NCBI GenBank assembly: GCA_029974275.1
Contig: JARKSN010000215.1
Span: 1 to 27,633, forward strand
DNA length: 27,633 bases
Direction of reading: 5' to 3'
Origin: Candidatus Hydrogenedentota bacterium
Lineage (GTDB): Bacteria > Hydrogenedentota > Hydrogenedentia > Hydrogenedentales > SLHB01
Shown here in pieces: positions 1-8,826 of the stretch (position 1 is the first letter of the stretch; the number at the start of each line of letters is the position of its first letter). Position numbers and translations under genes: made by a program. Below the pieces are notes generated by a model. That model did not search any database and had not been told where the DNA came from. It saw nothing but the letters and a program-made list of their open reading frames with translations.

Positions 1-1
1 G

Positions 2-295
2 GTCATGGAAGGCGGCGGCTACAAAGTGATCGACCTCGGCGTCGACGTGTCCGCCGAAAAATTCGTCAAGGCCGTCGAAGAGAATCCCGGTTGTTCGGTG
101 GGCTTGAGCGCATTGCTTACGACGACCATGGTGAATATGGAGAAGATTGTCGCCGCGGTCAAGGCCATTGCGCCTGGATCCAAAGTCATCGTTGGCGGCG
201 CGCCGCTCACCATGGACTTTGCCAAGAAAATCGGCGCGGACTCCTACTCCCCCGATCCCCAGGGCGCGCTGGATTTTCTGAATTCCGCCGCCTGA
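2..295 (+). CDS. Corrinoid / cobalamin-binding protein (MtbC/MttC-like B12-binding domain), 5'-truncated by the window edge
   Basis: GYKVIDLGVDV, VGLSALLTTTM, VIVGGAP and IGAD motifs of B12-binding domains of methyltransferase corrinoid proteins. The frame is open to the window start; the DxHxxG motif would lie upstream. Confidence 0.9.
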   Translation, partial: VMEGGGYKVIDLGVDVSAEKFVKAVEENPGCSVGLSALLTTTMVNMEKIVAAVKAIAPGSKVIVGGAPLTMDFAKKIGADSYSPDPQGALDFLNSAA

Positions 296-313
296 TTCGT
301 TACGTTGACATAC

Positions 314-348
314 CGCCGGGACGTGGGCGATCGCCCCGCGTCCCGGCG
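314..348. terminator. GC-rich inverted repeat between convergent genes (possible bidirectional terminator or REP-like element)
   Basis: cgccgggacgtgggcga / tcgccccgcgtcccggcg near-perfect arms lying between the stop codons at 295 and 372; no clear U-tract. Confidence 0.55.
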
Positions 349-371
349 TGTCGCTTACAGGCGGGCCACGT

Positions 372-947
372 TCAATTGCGCAGTTTTTGCAGCAGCCACG
401 CCATGTTTTGACCGAGGGTCTGCATGGTGCGCATTCCCTCGTCGTCGTGTTCAACCTCGCCGATTTCGCGTCCAAACCCCATGTTCCAGTAAATGGAGCC
501 CGGCACGATCATTTGGCTGATTTGAAAGAAGTGATTCAGCGTGTCGAACGCGTGAATCTCCCCGCCGCGCCGCACGGCCACGACCGCGGCGCCCACCTTG
601 CGACGGAAAAGATTGCCGTTCGCGCGCGACACCAGCCCCGCGCGATCGATCAGCGCCTTCATTTCCGCGGTGACGTCCGCAAAATACGTCGGCGATCCGA
701 GCAGGATGCCGTCCGCGGAGACCATTTTCTCGATGATCGCGTTCATGCGGTCCGTGTCGACCGCGCACCGCCCGTTCTTGTTCGTGAAGCAGCCGTAACA
801 TGCCGTGCAGCCGCGCAACGTCAGCCCTGACAGCTGGAGAATCTCGGTTTCAATCCCTTCCTGTTCGAGTTCGTTCAAGACGACGCGCAGCAAAATCGCC
901 GTGTTGCCGTCTTTGCGCGCGCTACCGTTGATCGCGATCGCCTTCAT
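372..947 (-). CDS. Iron-sulfur flavoprotein (Isf) / flavodoxin-like NADPH-dependent FMN reductase family, 191 aa
   Basis: Starts MKAIAINGSARKDGNT (FMN phosphate loop). Has the CTACYGC-x7-C 4Fe-4S motif, GSPTYF and RRGG. ATG at 947 follows a purine-rich RBS (GGAAAGGGA). Confidence 0.9.
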   Translation of the reverse strand: MKAIAINGSARKDGNTAILLRVVLNELEQEGIETEILQLSGLTLRGCTACYGCFTNKNGRCAVDTDRMNAIIEKMVSADGILLGSPTYFADVTAEMKALIDRAGLVSRANGNLFRRKVGAAVVAVRRGGEIHAFDTLNHFFQISQMIVPGSIYWNMGFGREIGEVEHDDEGMRTMQTLGQNMAWLLQKLRN

Positions 948-1089
948 GCCATTCCCTTTCCTATGGGTCTCATTCCGCGTCGGGCCTTCGCCGCGGAACA
1001 AAGTTGCCTTTTGCCCCTGTTGTAGGGATACAATGCCCTGACGTGCATGCCAATACAAGTCCCGACGGCCAAGCATAGGATAAGATGCC

Positions 1090-1413
1090 ATGGAAACGAA
1101 ACATGTTTTTTTTCGCGACATCGCCGCCGAACTCGAAGTGCCCGAAAACGGGACGTTGAGTCGCACCCTTTTCAGCGACGATCGCCTCAAGGTCGTCGTA
1201 TTCGGCATGGACAAGGGCCAGGAACTCTCGGAACACACCGCGTCCATGCCAGCGGTGCTGCACATCCTTCGAGGCGAAGCCTCGCTGCGGATTGGCGGCG
1301 CCGCCCTTGACGCAGGACCCGGCGCATGGGCGCACATGCCCGCCAACATGCCACACAGCGTCACGGCGCTCTCGCCGTTGGTGATGGCGCTGTTGCTGAT
1401 GAAAAACGCGTAG
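1090..1413 (+). CDS. Cupin domain protein, 107 aa
   Basis: GQELSEHTA...ILRGEA...MPANMPHSV is the typical small cupin_2 pattern. Confidence 0.85.
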   Translation: METKHVFFRDIAAELEVPENGTLSRTLFSDDRLKVVVFGMDKGQELSEHTASMPAVLHILRGEASLRIGGAALDAGPGAWAHMPANMPHSVTALSPLVMALLLMKNA

Positions 1414-1431
1414 GCAGGAGACAAAGGGCCC

Positions 1432-1920
1432 ATGGAGTTGCCGGAGCCAATCGCCAAAGCGATGAGACCGTTGTTCGACGCCTTGCCGCTGGAACGGGCC
1501 ATGACCCAGCTCGTGGTCGTCGAACCTCAGCCCGCCGCCATCCTCAAGAAGGCCGAGGCCGTCGTCATCCACAAAGCCATTGCGCCGCATAGCGGACTTG
1601 TCGCCGGCGTGTGGCTCTACGTCGACGAACTTGACCGTTGCCATCGAGCCTGCCAACAGGGCGAGGACGCGACGGGAGCCTTCTGGCACGGCATTATGCA
1701 TCGTCGCGAAGGCGATTTCTCGAACAGCCACTATTGGTTTCGGCGCGTCGTCGACCATCCGGCGCTCGGTAGTCTCGATGGTTACGACCCCCACGCCTTT
1801 ATCGATCGCGTGGCGGACGTGTATCGAGAAACCCACGAAGACCTTGCGGCGCTCCAACGCAGCGAATGGCGCGCGCTGTTTCAGTGGTGCGCCCACAACG
1901 TCAACCGCCCCCCGGAATGA
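1432..1920 (+). CDS. Conserved hypothetical helical protein, 162 aa (WHGIMHRREGDFSNSHYWF motif)
   Basis: GGAG RBS upstream, 18 nt after the cupin stop. Carries an HRREGD-x2-N-x2-YW motif that I recognise from uncharacterised bacterial proteins. Confidence 0.75.
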   Translation: MELPEPIAKAMRPLFDALPLERAMTQLVVVEPQPAAILKKAEAVVIHKAIAPHSGLVAGVWLYVDELDRCHRACQQGEDATGAFWHGIMHRREGDFSNSHYWFRRVVDHPALGSLDGYDPHAFIDRVADVYRETHEDLAALQRSEWRALFQWCAHNVNRPPE

Positions 1921-1992
1921 GCCCCGTGCCCGCGCAAACATTCCGGATACGTCGTTCGCTCCCTGCGCCGTCCCCGCAGAAGGGGATCTCCC

Positions 1993-4983
1993 ATGCGGCC
2001 TGAATTCGCCGAGTTTCACTTCCGCGATTCCGAACGCGCCGGACGCACGCTCGATCACATTCTCACCCCGGCGCGTCCTCAGCTTCCTCAGCACCTTGTC
2101 GATGCGTTGCGCGAATCGCCCGATCCCACCCTTGTGTTGGACCGCCTCGAGCGGCTTCTCGAGGAGATCGGCCATCCCAACGCGCTGCTGGATATGATGG
2201 ACTCGGCCCCGCGCTATGCCGGGATGATGGCGGCGGTTTTCAGCCAGAGCCAATTTCTTAGCGACATCGTGTTCAAGCACCCCGATTACCTGGTTTGGCT
2301 GTGGACGGAAGTGGATCTGGACGCGCCGCGCCGCCGCGAGGAAATGACCGAGGAACTTCTTCGCCAAGTGCAGGCCGTCGACGCCTTCGACGCGCGCTGT
2401 CAGAGCATCCGCCGTTTCAAGCGACGCGAAATTCTGCGCATTGGCACCCGCGACGTGTTTGAGCATGCCTCCGTCGCATCCGTCACGGAGGATCTTGCCA
2501 ACCTCGCGGACGCCGCCCTCGAAGCCGCCTTGTACGGCGCGCGCGAAGCGTTGGCTCCGCGCTTCGGCTTCCCCCGCGACGCTGAAGGGCGCGAATCCTC
2601 CTTCGTCGTGCTTGCCCTCGGCAAGCACGGCGGACGCGAATTGAACTTCAGCTCCGACATTGACCTGATATTTCTCTACTCCGCCGAGGGGGAAACCACC
2701 GGCGGCGCGTCGGGCAGCGTCGCCAACGGCACGTACTTCGTCAAACTAGGCGAGCTCATCATCAAAGCGCTCGCCGAAAACACCGCCGAAGGCCATGTCT
2801 TTCGCGTGGACATGCGTCTGCGCCCCCACGGCCGCATGGCCCCGCTCGCCGTTAGCCTCGAAACCGCCCTGGATTACTACGAAAACTACGGGCAAGCGTG
2901 GGAAAGACAGGCGCTCATCAAAACGCGCCCCGCCGCCGGCAATCTGCTCCTGGGTCAGGAATTCATCGAACGCACCCGCCCCTTCGTGTTTCCGCGCTAT
3001 TTTGACGACGAAACCCTGGAGGATATCCGCGCGGTCAAACAGCAAATGGAAGATCTCATCCGGGAGCGCGGCCAAACCGAGACCGAAGTGAAGCTTGGCC
3101 GCGGCGGCATCCGCGACATCGAGTTCACCGTGCAGGTGCTGCAACTTCTCAACGGCGGCCGCGAGCCCGGTTTGCGCACCGGCAACACCCTCGAAGCCAT
3201 CAGGCTCCTGGGCGAATACAACATCCTCAGCGTGTTCGAAGCCGCGACTCTCGCCAGCAACTACGCCTTCCTGCGCCAAGTCGAGCATCGCCTGCAAATC
3301 GAGAGCAGCCAACAACGCCACGCGCTTCCCGCCGATCCCGGCGCCCTCGAACAATTCGCCCGCCGCCTTGGCTTCTTCAACAGCGAGGCGTTTCTCGGCG
3401 AATACCGAAGCCGCACGCGAGAAACGCGCGCCATTCTCGAACGCTTTCTCGAGACCGAGGGAGCCGGAAACCAATGGGTGTACAGCCTGCTCAACACCCG
3501 GGGCGATAGCGAAAACACCCTGCCCCGCCTTCTCCAGTTCGGTTTCCAGGACCCCGAAAAAGCGCGGCAGCAACTGCTTGCCCTATACGCGGGCACGACC
3601 GAGCGCCCGCATTCCCTGCACATTCGCCAGCAATTCGCGGCGATTACCCCGATGCTTCTCCACGCCCTTGCGGCCTGTCCCGATCCCGACGGAACCCTGG
3701 TCCGGCTCGGGCGCATTCTCACATCCTTGCAGGCGCCCGGCGCGTTGTACAACCTCATTCACGTCAGTCCTCATGTGGCGGACTACCTTTCAACCCTCCT
3801 TTCAAACAGTGAGTACCTTAGCGAAATGATTCTCCGCGATCCCGGCCTGTTCGAGGCAATTGAAACCACGGACGCCATTGACGTCCCCGTGACCCGCGAA
3901 GCGCTCCAGACGACGCTGGAGGAATTGTCCCGGGCCTATGACGCCGAAGCCGCTCCCTACCGACTCCATAACGCGGAGACCTTGCGCGTCGGCATGCGCG
4001 AATTGTTCCGCGGCATCGACGTGTTTCAAGTAGGCCGCGAACTTTCACTCATCGCCGAAGTCAGCCTCGATTACATGCTTGCGCGCGCACAAATTCGCGC
4101 CGAGGAGCGCTTCGGCCCTGCCTCGCCCCGTTTCGCCGTTCTGGCGCTGGGAAAATTCGGCGGGTGCGAAATGGGGTATGGCAGCGACCTCGATCTCGTT
4201 TTTGTATACGAAGGAGGCATTCCCCTCGAAAGCGGCATGGCCGCTTCCGAATACTTCGCCGTGCTGGCTTCGAACGCGCTCAAGGGCCTGAAGGACCACA
4301 CCCGGTACGGACATCTGTACGACGTGGATGCGCGGCTGCGTCCTGACGGCAACAAAGGAGTTCTTGCCGTCACCGACGAGCGTCTCGCCGATTATTACCT
4401 GCATGAAGCCCAGACATGGGAACGCCTTGCCCTCGTCAAAGTGCGCGCCGTCGGCGGCGACAGGGAATTCGGGGAAAAAGTCGCCGAGCGGGCGCGCGAC
4501 ATCGCTTTTGGCGCGCCTTTGACGCGGGAGGAACTCGCTGAACTCGCCGACATGCTGCTTAAGATTCAGGCTGGCGTCCCCGAACTGGACCTCAAAAAAC
4601 GCGCCGGCGGCATCATCGAAATTGAATTCACGTTGCGCATGCTCCAGTTGCGTCACGCATGCCACCATCCCGCTTTGCGCCGCGGCGATGTCCGGGGGGC
4701 CATTGAGGAATTGAAAGCGGCGCGCGTGCTCGCGTCTCCGGACGCCGACGCCCTGCTCGAGGCGTACATCCTGTTTCGCCGCCTCGAGAACCGCATCCGC
4801 ATGGGACAAGGCCACTCCGGAACCTCCTTGCCCGCCACCCCCGAAGGACGCGCCGATCTTGCCGAGCGTCTCGGCATTGCCGCCGATCTGCTCGATCTTG
4901 TCGAGGAGCGCCGCGCCGAAGTTCATGCCGTCTATGCCCGCTCTCTCGACGCCCTTCAGCATGAGGCCGACGCAACCGCATAG
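1993..4983 (+). CDS. glnE: Bifunctional glutamine synthetase adenylyltransferase/adenylyl-removing enzyme
   Basis: Two nucleotidyltransferase halves: LGKHGGRELNFSSDIDLIF...RVDMRLRPHG...WERQALIK...GGIRDIEF and LGKFGGCEMGYGSDLDLVF...DVDARLRPDG...WERLALVK...GGIIEIEF; 996 aa. Confidence 0.96.
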   Translation: MRPEFAEFHFRDSERAGRTLDHILTPARPQLPQHLVDALRESPDPTLVLDRLERLLEEIGHPNALLDMMDSAPRYAGMMAAVFSQSQFLSDIVFKHPDYLVWLWTEVDLDAPRRREEMTEELLRQVQAVDAFDARCQSIRRFKRREILRIGTRDVFEHASVASVTEDLANLADAALEAALYGAREALAPRFGFPRDAEGRESSFVVLALGKHGGRELNFSSDIDLIFLYSAEGETTGGASGSVANGTYFVKLGELIIKALAENTAEGHVFRVDMRLRPHGRMAPLAVSLETALDYYENYGQAWERQALIKTRPAAGNLLLGQEFIERTRPFVFPRYFDDETLEDIRAVKQQMEDLIRERGQTETEVKLGRGGIRDIEFTVQVLQLLNGGREPGLRTGNTLEAIRLLGEYNILSVFEAATLASNYAFLRQVEHRLQIESSQQRHALPADPGALEQFARRLGFFNSEAFLGEYRSRTRETRAILERFLETEGAGNQWVYSLLNTRGDSENTLPRLLQFGFQDPEKARQQLLALYAGTTERPHSLHIRQQFAAITPMLLHALAACPDPDGTLVRLGRILTSLQAPGALYNLIHVSPHVADYLSTLLSNSEYLSEMILRDPGLFEAIETTDAIDVPVTREALQTTLEELSRAYDAEAAPYRLHNAETLRVGMRELFRGIDVFQVGRELSLIAEVSLDYMLARAQIRAEERFGPASPRFAVLALGKFGGCEMGYGSDLDLVFVYEGGIPLESGMAASEYFAVLASNALKGLKDHTRYGHLYDVDARLRPDGNKGVLAVTDERLADYYLHEAQTWERLALVKVRAVGGDREFGEKVAERARDIAFGAPLTREELAELADMLLKIQAGVPELDLKKRAGGIIEIEFTLRMLQLRHACHHPALRRGDVRGAIEELKAARVLASPDADALLEAYILFRRLENRIRMGQGHSGTSLPATPEGRADLAERLGIAADLLDLVEERRAEVHAVYARSLDALQHEADATA

Positions 4984-5292
4984 GACGCGCGCCATTCCGC
5001 GTTCGCCTGATGTGCGGCGCGAGACAGGACATGCTGCCCCATATCGGGCATGAACGCTTTCGGCTCAAGGTCGGATCGGGAGAAGGTTCCTGAGGAAAAG
5101 ATGTATTTTCAAGGGAATACGACGTTCCCGCTGCCTTTGCGCCGGAAAGAAGAAATAGGCACAATGCTTGCTTGACCCGAGAGGGGTTCCTTGGCGCATT
5201 GTGCCGTCCGAGGAGAGGCTTGTTTGTAGAGAAGCGTTTGGACTGCAAACGTTGGGAGGATAAACGGTGAGGGCATATCAGGAGGAGGCAAC

Positions 5293-6255
5293 ATGATCAA
5301 GGCGGACCGGTTAACGATGCATTACGGCCCAGTGCAGGCCTTGAAAGATGTGTCGTTCGAGGTCAAGCAGGGCGAAATCGTAGGGCTGCTTGGCCCGAAC
5401 GGCGCGGGCAAATCGACGACGATGAAGGTGTTGACCACCTATTTGCACCCGACCAAGGGGACGGCGTTCGTAGGCGGGATTGACGTTCTGAAAGACCCGT
5501 TGGGGGTGCGCAAAATCATTGGATATCTGCCGGAAATCCTGCCGCTCTACATGGACATGGAAGTGCGGGGATATTTGACGTTTGTGGGCAAGGCCCGCGG
5601 CCTGAGCGGCGGACGGCTCAAGGAGCGAATCGACGTGGCGCTCGACGAATGCGGCCTGCGCCCCATGTACCGCAAAGTCATCCGGGAGCTCTCGAAGGGA
5701 TACAAGCAGAGGACGGCGCTCGCACAAGCCTTGATTCACGATCCCTCCATCATCATTCTCGACGAGCCGACGTCGGGACTGGACCCTCACCAGATCGTTG
5801 AAATTCGACAACTGATCAAAAATCTGGCGGCCGGCAAAACCGTTATTCTGTCGACCCATATCCTGCAGGAGGTCGAAGCCACCGCCGACCGCATCGTCAT
5901 CATCAGCAACGGACGGATCGTCGGCGACGGCACGATCGACGAATTGCGCGACGAGGTCAAAAAAGAAGAACGCATCCGCGTCAGCGTTTCGGGCGACAAA
6001 ACGGAAACCCAACGTCTGTTGTCGGGCATGTCCGGAGCCCGCAAAGTGGAACCCATCGCCGGCGAGAGCGGTTTCGCCGCCTTCATGGTGCATGGCGCGC
6101 CCGGCGCGCAATTATGGAAGGAAGTGGGCCAATTGGCGCGTCTTAAAAACTGGGAAGTGCGGGAACTGAGCGATCACCCATTGACCCTGGAGGAGACATT
6201 CCTGTCGCTGACGGAACGGGCCGCCAGCCCGGCCGCGAAGAGGGCCGAATCATGA
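5293..6255 (+). CDS. ABC transporter ATP-binding protein (ABC-2 / GldA-like)
   Basis: Walker A GPNGAGKST, LSKGYKQR signature, Walker B IILDEPTSGLD, STH switch; GGAGG RBS. Confidence 0.93.
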   Translation: MIKADRLTMHYGPVQALKDVSFEVKQGEIVGLLGPNGAGKSTTMKVLTTYLHPTKGTAFVGGIDVLKDPLGVRKIIGYLPEILPLYMDMEVRGYLTFVGKARGLSGGRLKERIDVALDECGLRPMYRKVIRELSKGYKQRTALAQALIHDPSIIILDEPTSGLDPHQIVEIRQLIKNLAAGKTVILSTHILQEVEATADRIVIISNGRIVGDGTIDELRDEVKKEERIRVSVSGDKTETQRLLSGMSGARKVEPIAGESGFAAFMVHGAPGAQLWKEVGQLARLKNWEVRELSDHPLTLEETFLSLTERAASPAAKRAES

Positions 6256-8795
6256 AAAACATCTTGACCGTGGTTCGCCGGGACCTCTCGGCGTATTTCA
6301 CCTCGCCCATCGGCTACATCTTCATGATCGTGTTCTTGTTGATGAGCGTGGGCTTGTACATCACCTCATTCTTCACCTTTCCCGTGGCCGACATGCGCGC
6401 GTTTTTCGGCAACCTGCCGGTGTTGTTGTGCGTGTTCATCCCTGCGGTGACGATGCGGGTCTGGGCCGAAGAACGCAAGGAGAACACCTGGGAATTGCTG
6501 TTGACGTTTCCCATGAAGGCGCACGAACTGGTGCTGGGCAAGTTCCTGGCCGTTTTCGCGTTTTACGCGATGTCGACCGCGGCGACGGCGACGGTCCCGG
6601 TGATGTTGGCCGCTCTGGGGAACCCGGATTCGGGCGCGATTCTCTGCGGCTATCTCGGAACGTTGCTCTTAGGCGCTTTTTTCCTTGCCATCGGCATCTT
6701 CTTTTCGGGGCTATGCAAGGACCAGATCGTTGCGTTTGTCGTGAGCTTGCTGGCGTGCTTCGCCGTGTTCCTGCTGGGCACGAATTTTATCGCGTCATAT
6801 CTCGACGGCTTGTTTTCGGAGAAGAGCTGGCTGGCGGGACTGGGAACGACGCTCGGCGAACTTGTCGGCGTCATCGAGCATTACAATTCATTCACGCGCG
6901 GCGTCATCGACATCGCCGATGTGCTGTATTTCGTCGTCTGGACGGCGCTCTTCCTGGTTCTGAATGGACTGTACATCGACAGCCGCAACCGTCGCGGAGC
7001 GAAAATGGCCATTGGCACGGCGGCCGCGCTGTGCATTGGCATCGGCTTGGCCTTCAACTGGCTGATCCTCAAGCAGTCCTTCGGACGTTTCGACATGACC
7101 GAGGACAAGATTTTCACGGTGTCGCCAGCGTCCAAGGCGATTTTGTCGCGCCTGGACACGCCGGTGCAAGTCAAGCTGTACATCACGCGCAAGGACAAGA
7201 TGCCCACCGGCATGAACACGCTGGAACAGGACGTGAGCGACAAGCTGAACGAGCTTCGACTGGCCTCGGGCGGCAATGTCGAGTTCACGCCGGTGTATTT
7301 GGACGTCGGCAATCTGGCCCCGGAAAAAGAAGCGAGGGAGGAAAAGTCAGGCAAGCCGACCAAGGAGGAAGAGGTCGAGTCGCTTGAGAAACGCATGCTC
7401 GACAAGGGCATCGAACCGTTTGCGGTTCGCGCGATGGAACGCGATCAGGTGACGACAAAGTACATCTATTCCAGCCTGGGCATCGGCTACAAGGACAAGC
7501 AGGAGGAAATCATTCCGCAGGTGATGCCGGAAACGCTTCCCGCGCTCGAGTACCGGTTGGTCAGCACGGTATTCAAGCTGACGCGGGCCAAGGCTCCGGT
7601 CGTGGCGCTGGTCGCTCCGAAGGAAGCGATCAACATTTCGCCGGAAATGCGCGCCATCTATGCGCAACTGGGCCAGCCCGTTCCCCAGACCGAAGACCCG
7701 TTCGAGTATGTGGAACAAGCGTTGCGCCTGGAGAAATACATGGTGGAGCGGGTGGAACTGACCAAGGAAAGCCCGATGCCGAAGGAGTACGACGTCTTGG
7801 TGGTGATGAACCCCCGCCAACTGAACGATCGACAACGGTGGGAGATCAACCGGGCGCTGGTCGAGGGCAAGTCAGTCGTGTTGGCGGTGCAAAACTACTA
7901 CTGGGACTATCAGACGACGCGCAGTGGCCTGAACCTGATGAAGCAGGAACAGCAGCCCGACATCAACCCGCTGCTCGAAAAATACGGCCTGGGCATCAAC
8001 GACGACATCCTCATGGACAAGAACAAACTGCCGCTGACCGTCCAATCGCGCGGCGGATCGCTCCAGGAAATGTTGATGGGGCAAACGGTCAACATTCCCA
8101 TTCAGATGCTGGTGACCAGCTCCTCGATGGACCCCGAAACCTCCATCACCAATCGTCTGGCCAACGTCTTCTACATCTGGGGATCGGCGCTCAAGCTTAA
8201 CGAGGAAGACCTCAAAAAACACGGCCTTACCGCGAAAGTGGTCATGAAAACCAGCGCCTCGGCTTGGACGGCGCCCGCGGACGCCCCGCCCGCAGACCTG
8301 CAGCGCGCCTTTACGAGCCCGCCTGCGGACACGGATCAGTATCCGCTGATGGCGATGGTGTCGGGGCAATTTCCCGATGCGTACAAGGATCAGCCGCGCC
8401 CGAAGTGGCCTGCGCCGCGTCAGATGCCGGGACAACCGCCCGCGCCGGATACGTCGAACGAGCCAGAGGCGGAGCCAGCGACCCCCGCTCCGGGAAAGCT
8501 GGCGCTGCTGGGATGCGCGCAAATGTTCACCAAGAGCTTCCTGCGCGATTCGAACCTTGACTTGTTCATGAATACGGTGGACGCGGCGGCGTTGGGCGAC
8601 GAACTGGTCAACGTGCGCGGTCAAAAGCAAATCGACCGTGCGATCGACAGGCCGTCCGACGCCACGCGCACGCTGTGGAAAACCATCAACTACGGTCTGA
8701 TGCCGATCATTATCGCCGTGATTGGCATCGGGGTCGTGGCGGTGCGGCGGCAATCGCGCAACGCCTACACCCTATCGTTCACGGAAAAAAGCTGA
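6252..8795 (+). CDS. Fused GldF-like ABC-2 permease + GldG-like (ABC auxiliary) extracytoplasmic domain, 847 aa
   Basis: The N-terminal ~245 aa has several TM helices and the TMRVWAEERKENTWELLLTFP motif (GldF-like). Then RFDMTEDKIFTVS...S.AIL..LD.PV (GldG-like start), a large soluble domain and a C-terminal TM. ATGA overlap with the ATPase stop. Confidence 0.85.
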   Translation: MKNILTVVRRDLSAYFTSPIGYIFMIVFLLMSVGLYITSFFTFPVADMRAFFGNLPVLLCVFIPAVTMRVWAEERKENTWELLLTFPMKAHELVLGKFLAVFAFYAMSTAATATVPVMLAALGNPDSGAILCGYLGTLLLGAFFLAIGIFFSGLCKDQIVAFVVSLLACFAVFLLGTNFIASYLDGLFSEKSWLAGLGTTLGELVGVIEHYNSFTRGVIDIADVLYFVVWTALFLVLNGLYIDSRNRRGAKMAIGTAAALCIGIGLAFNWLILKQSFGRFDMTEDKIFTVSPASKAILSRLDTPVQVKLYITRKDKMPTGMNTLEQDVSDKLNELRLASGGNVEFTPVYLDVGNLAPEKEAREEKSGKPTKEEEVESLEKRMLDKGIEPFAVRAMERDQVTTKYIYSSLGIGYKDKQEEIIPQVMPETLPALEYRLVSTVFKLTRAKAPVVALVAPKEAINISPEMRAIYAQLGQPVPQTEDPFEYVEQALRLEKYMVERVELTKESPMPKEYDVLVVMNPRQLNDRQRWEINRALVEGKSVVLAVQNYYWDYQTTRSGLNLMKQEQQPDINPLLEKYGLGINDDILMDKNKLPLTVQSRGGSLQEMLMGQTVNIPIQMLVTSSSMDPETSITNRLANVFYIWGSALKLNEEDLKKHGLTAKVVMKTSASAWTAPADAPPADLQRAFTSPPADTDQYPLMAMVSGQFPDAYKDQPRPKWPAPRQMPGQPPAPDTSNEPEAEPATPAPGKLALLGCAQMFTKSFLRDSNLDLFMNTVDAAALGDELVNVRGQKQIDRAIDRPSDATRTLWKTINYGLMPIIIAVIGIGVVAVRRQSRNAYTLSFTEKS

Positions 8796-8826
8796 TCCGC
8801 CGTCGAGCGGTTTGAGGAGGAGACGC

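Noticed and set aside
948..1502. N-terminal extension making the flavoprotein 376 aa
   Set aside because: Overlaps the cupin gene on the opposite strand; the family N-terminus and RBS are at 947.
970..2628. 552-aa minus-strand ORF, and similar long antisense ORFs at 4045-4995, 11470-12516, 13729-15018 and 19072-20223
   Set aside because: Antisense to well-supported genes, with biased low-information composition and no motifs.
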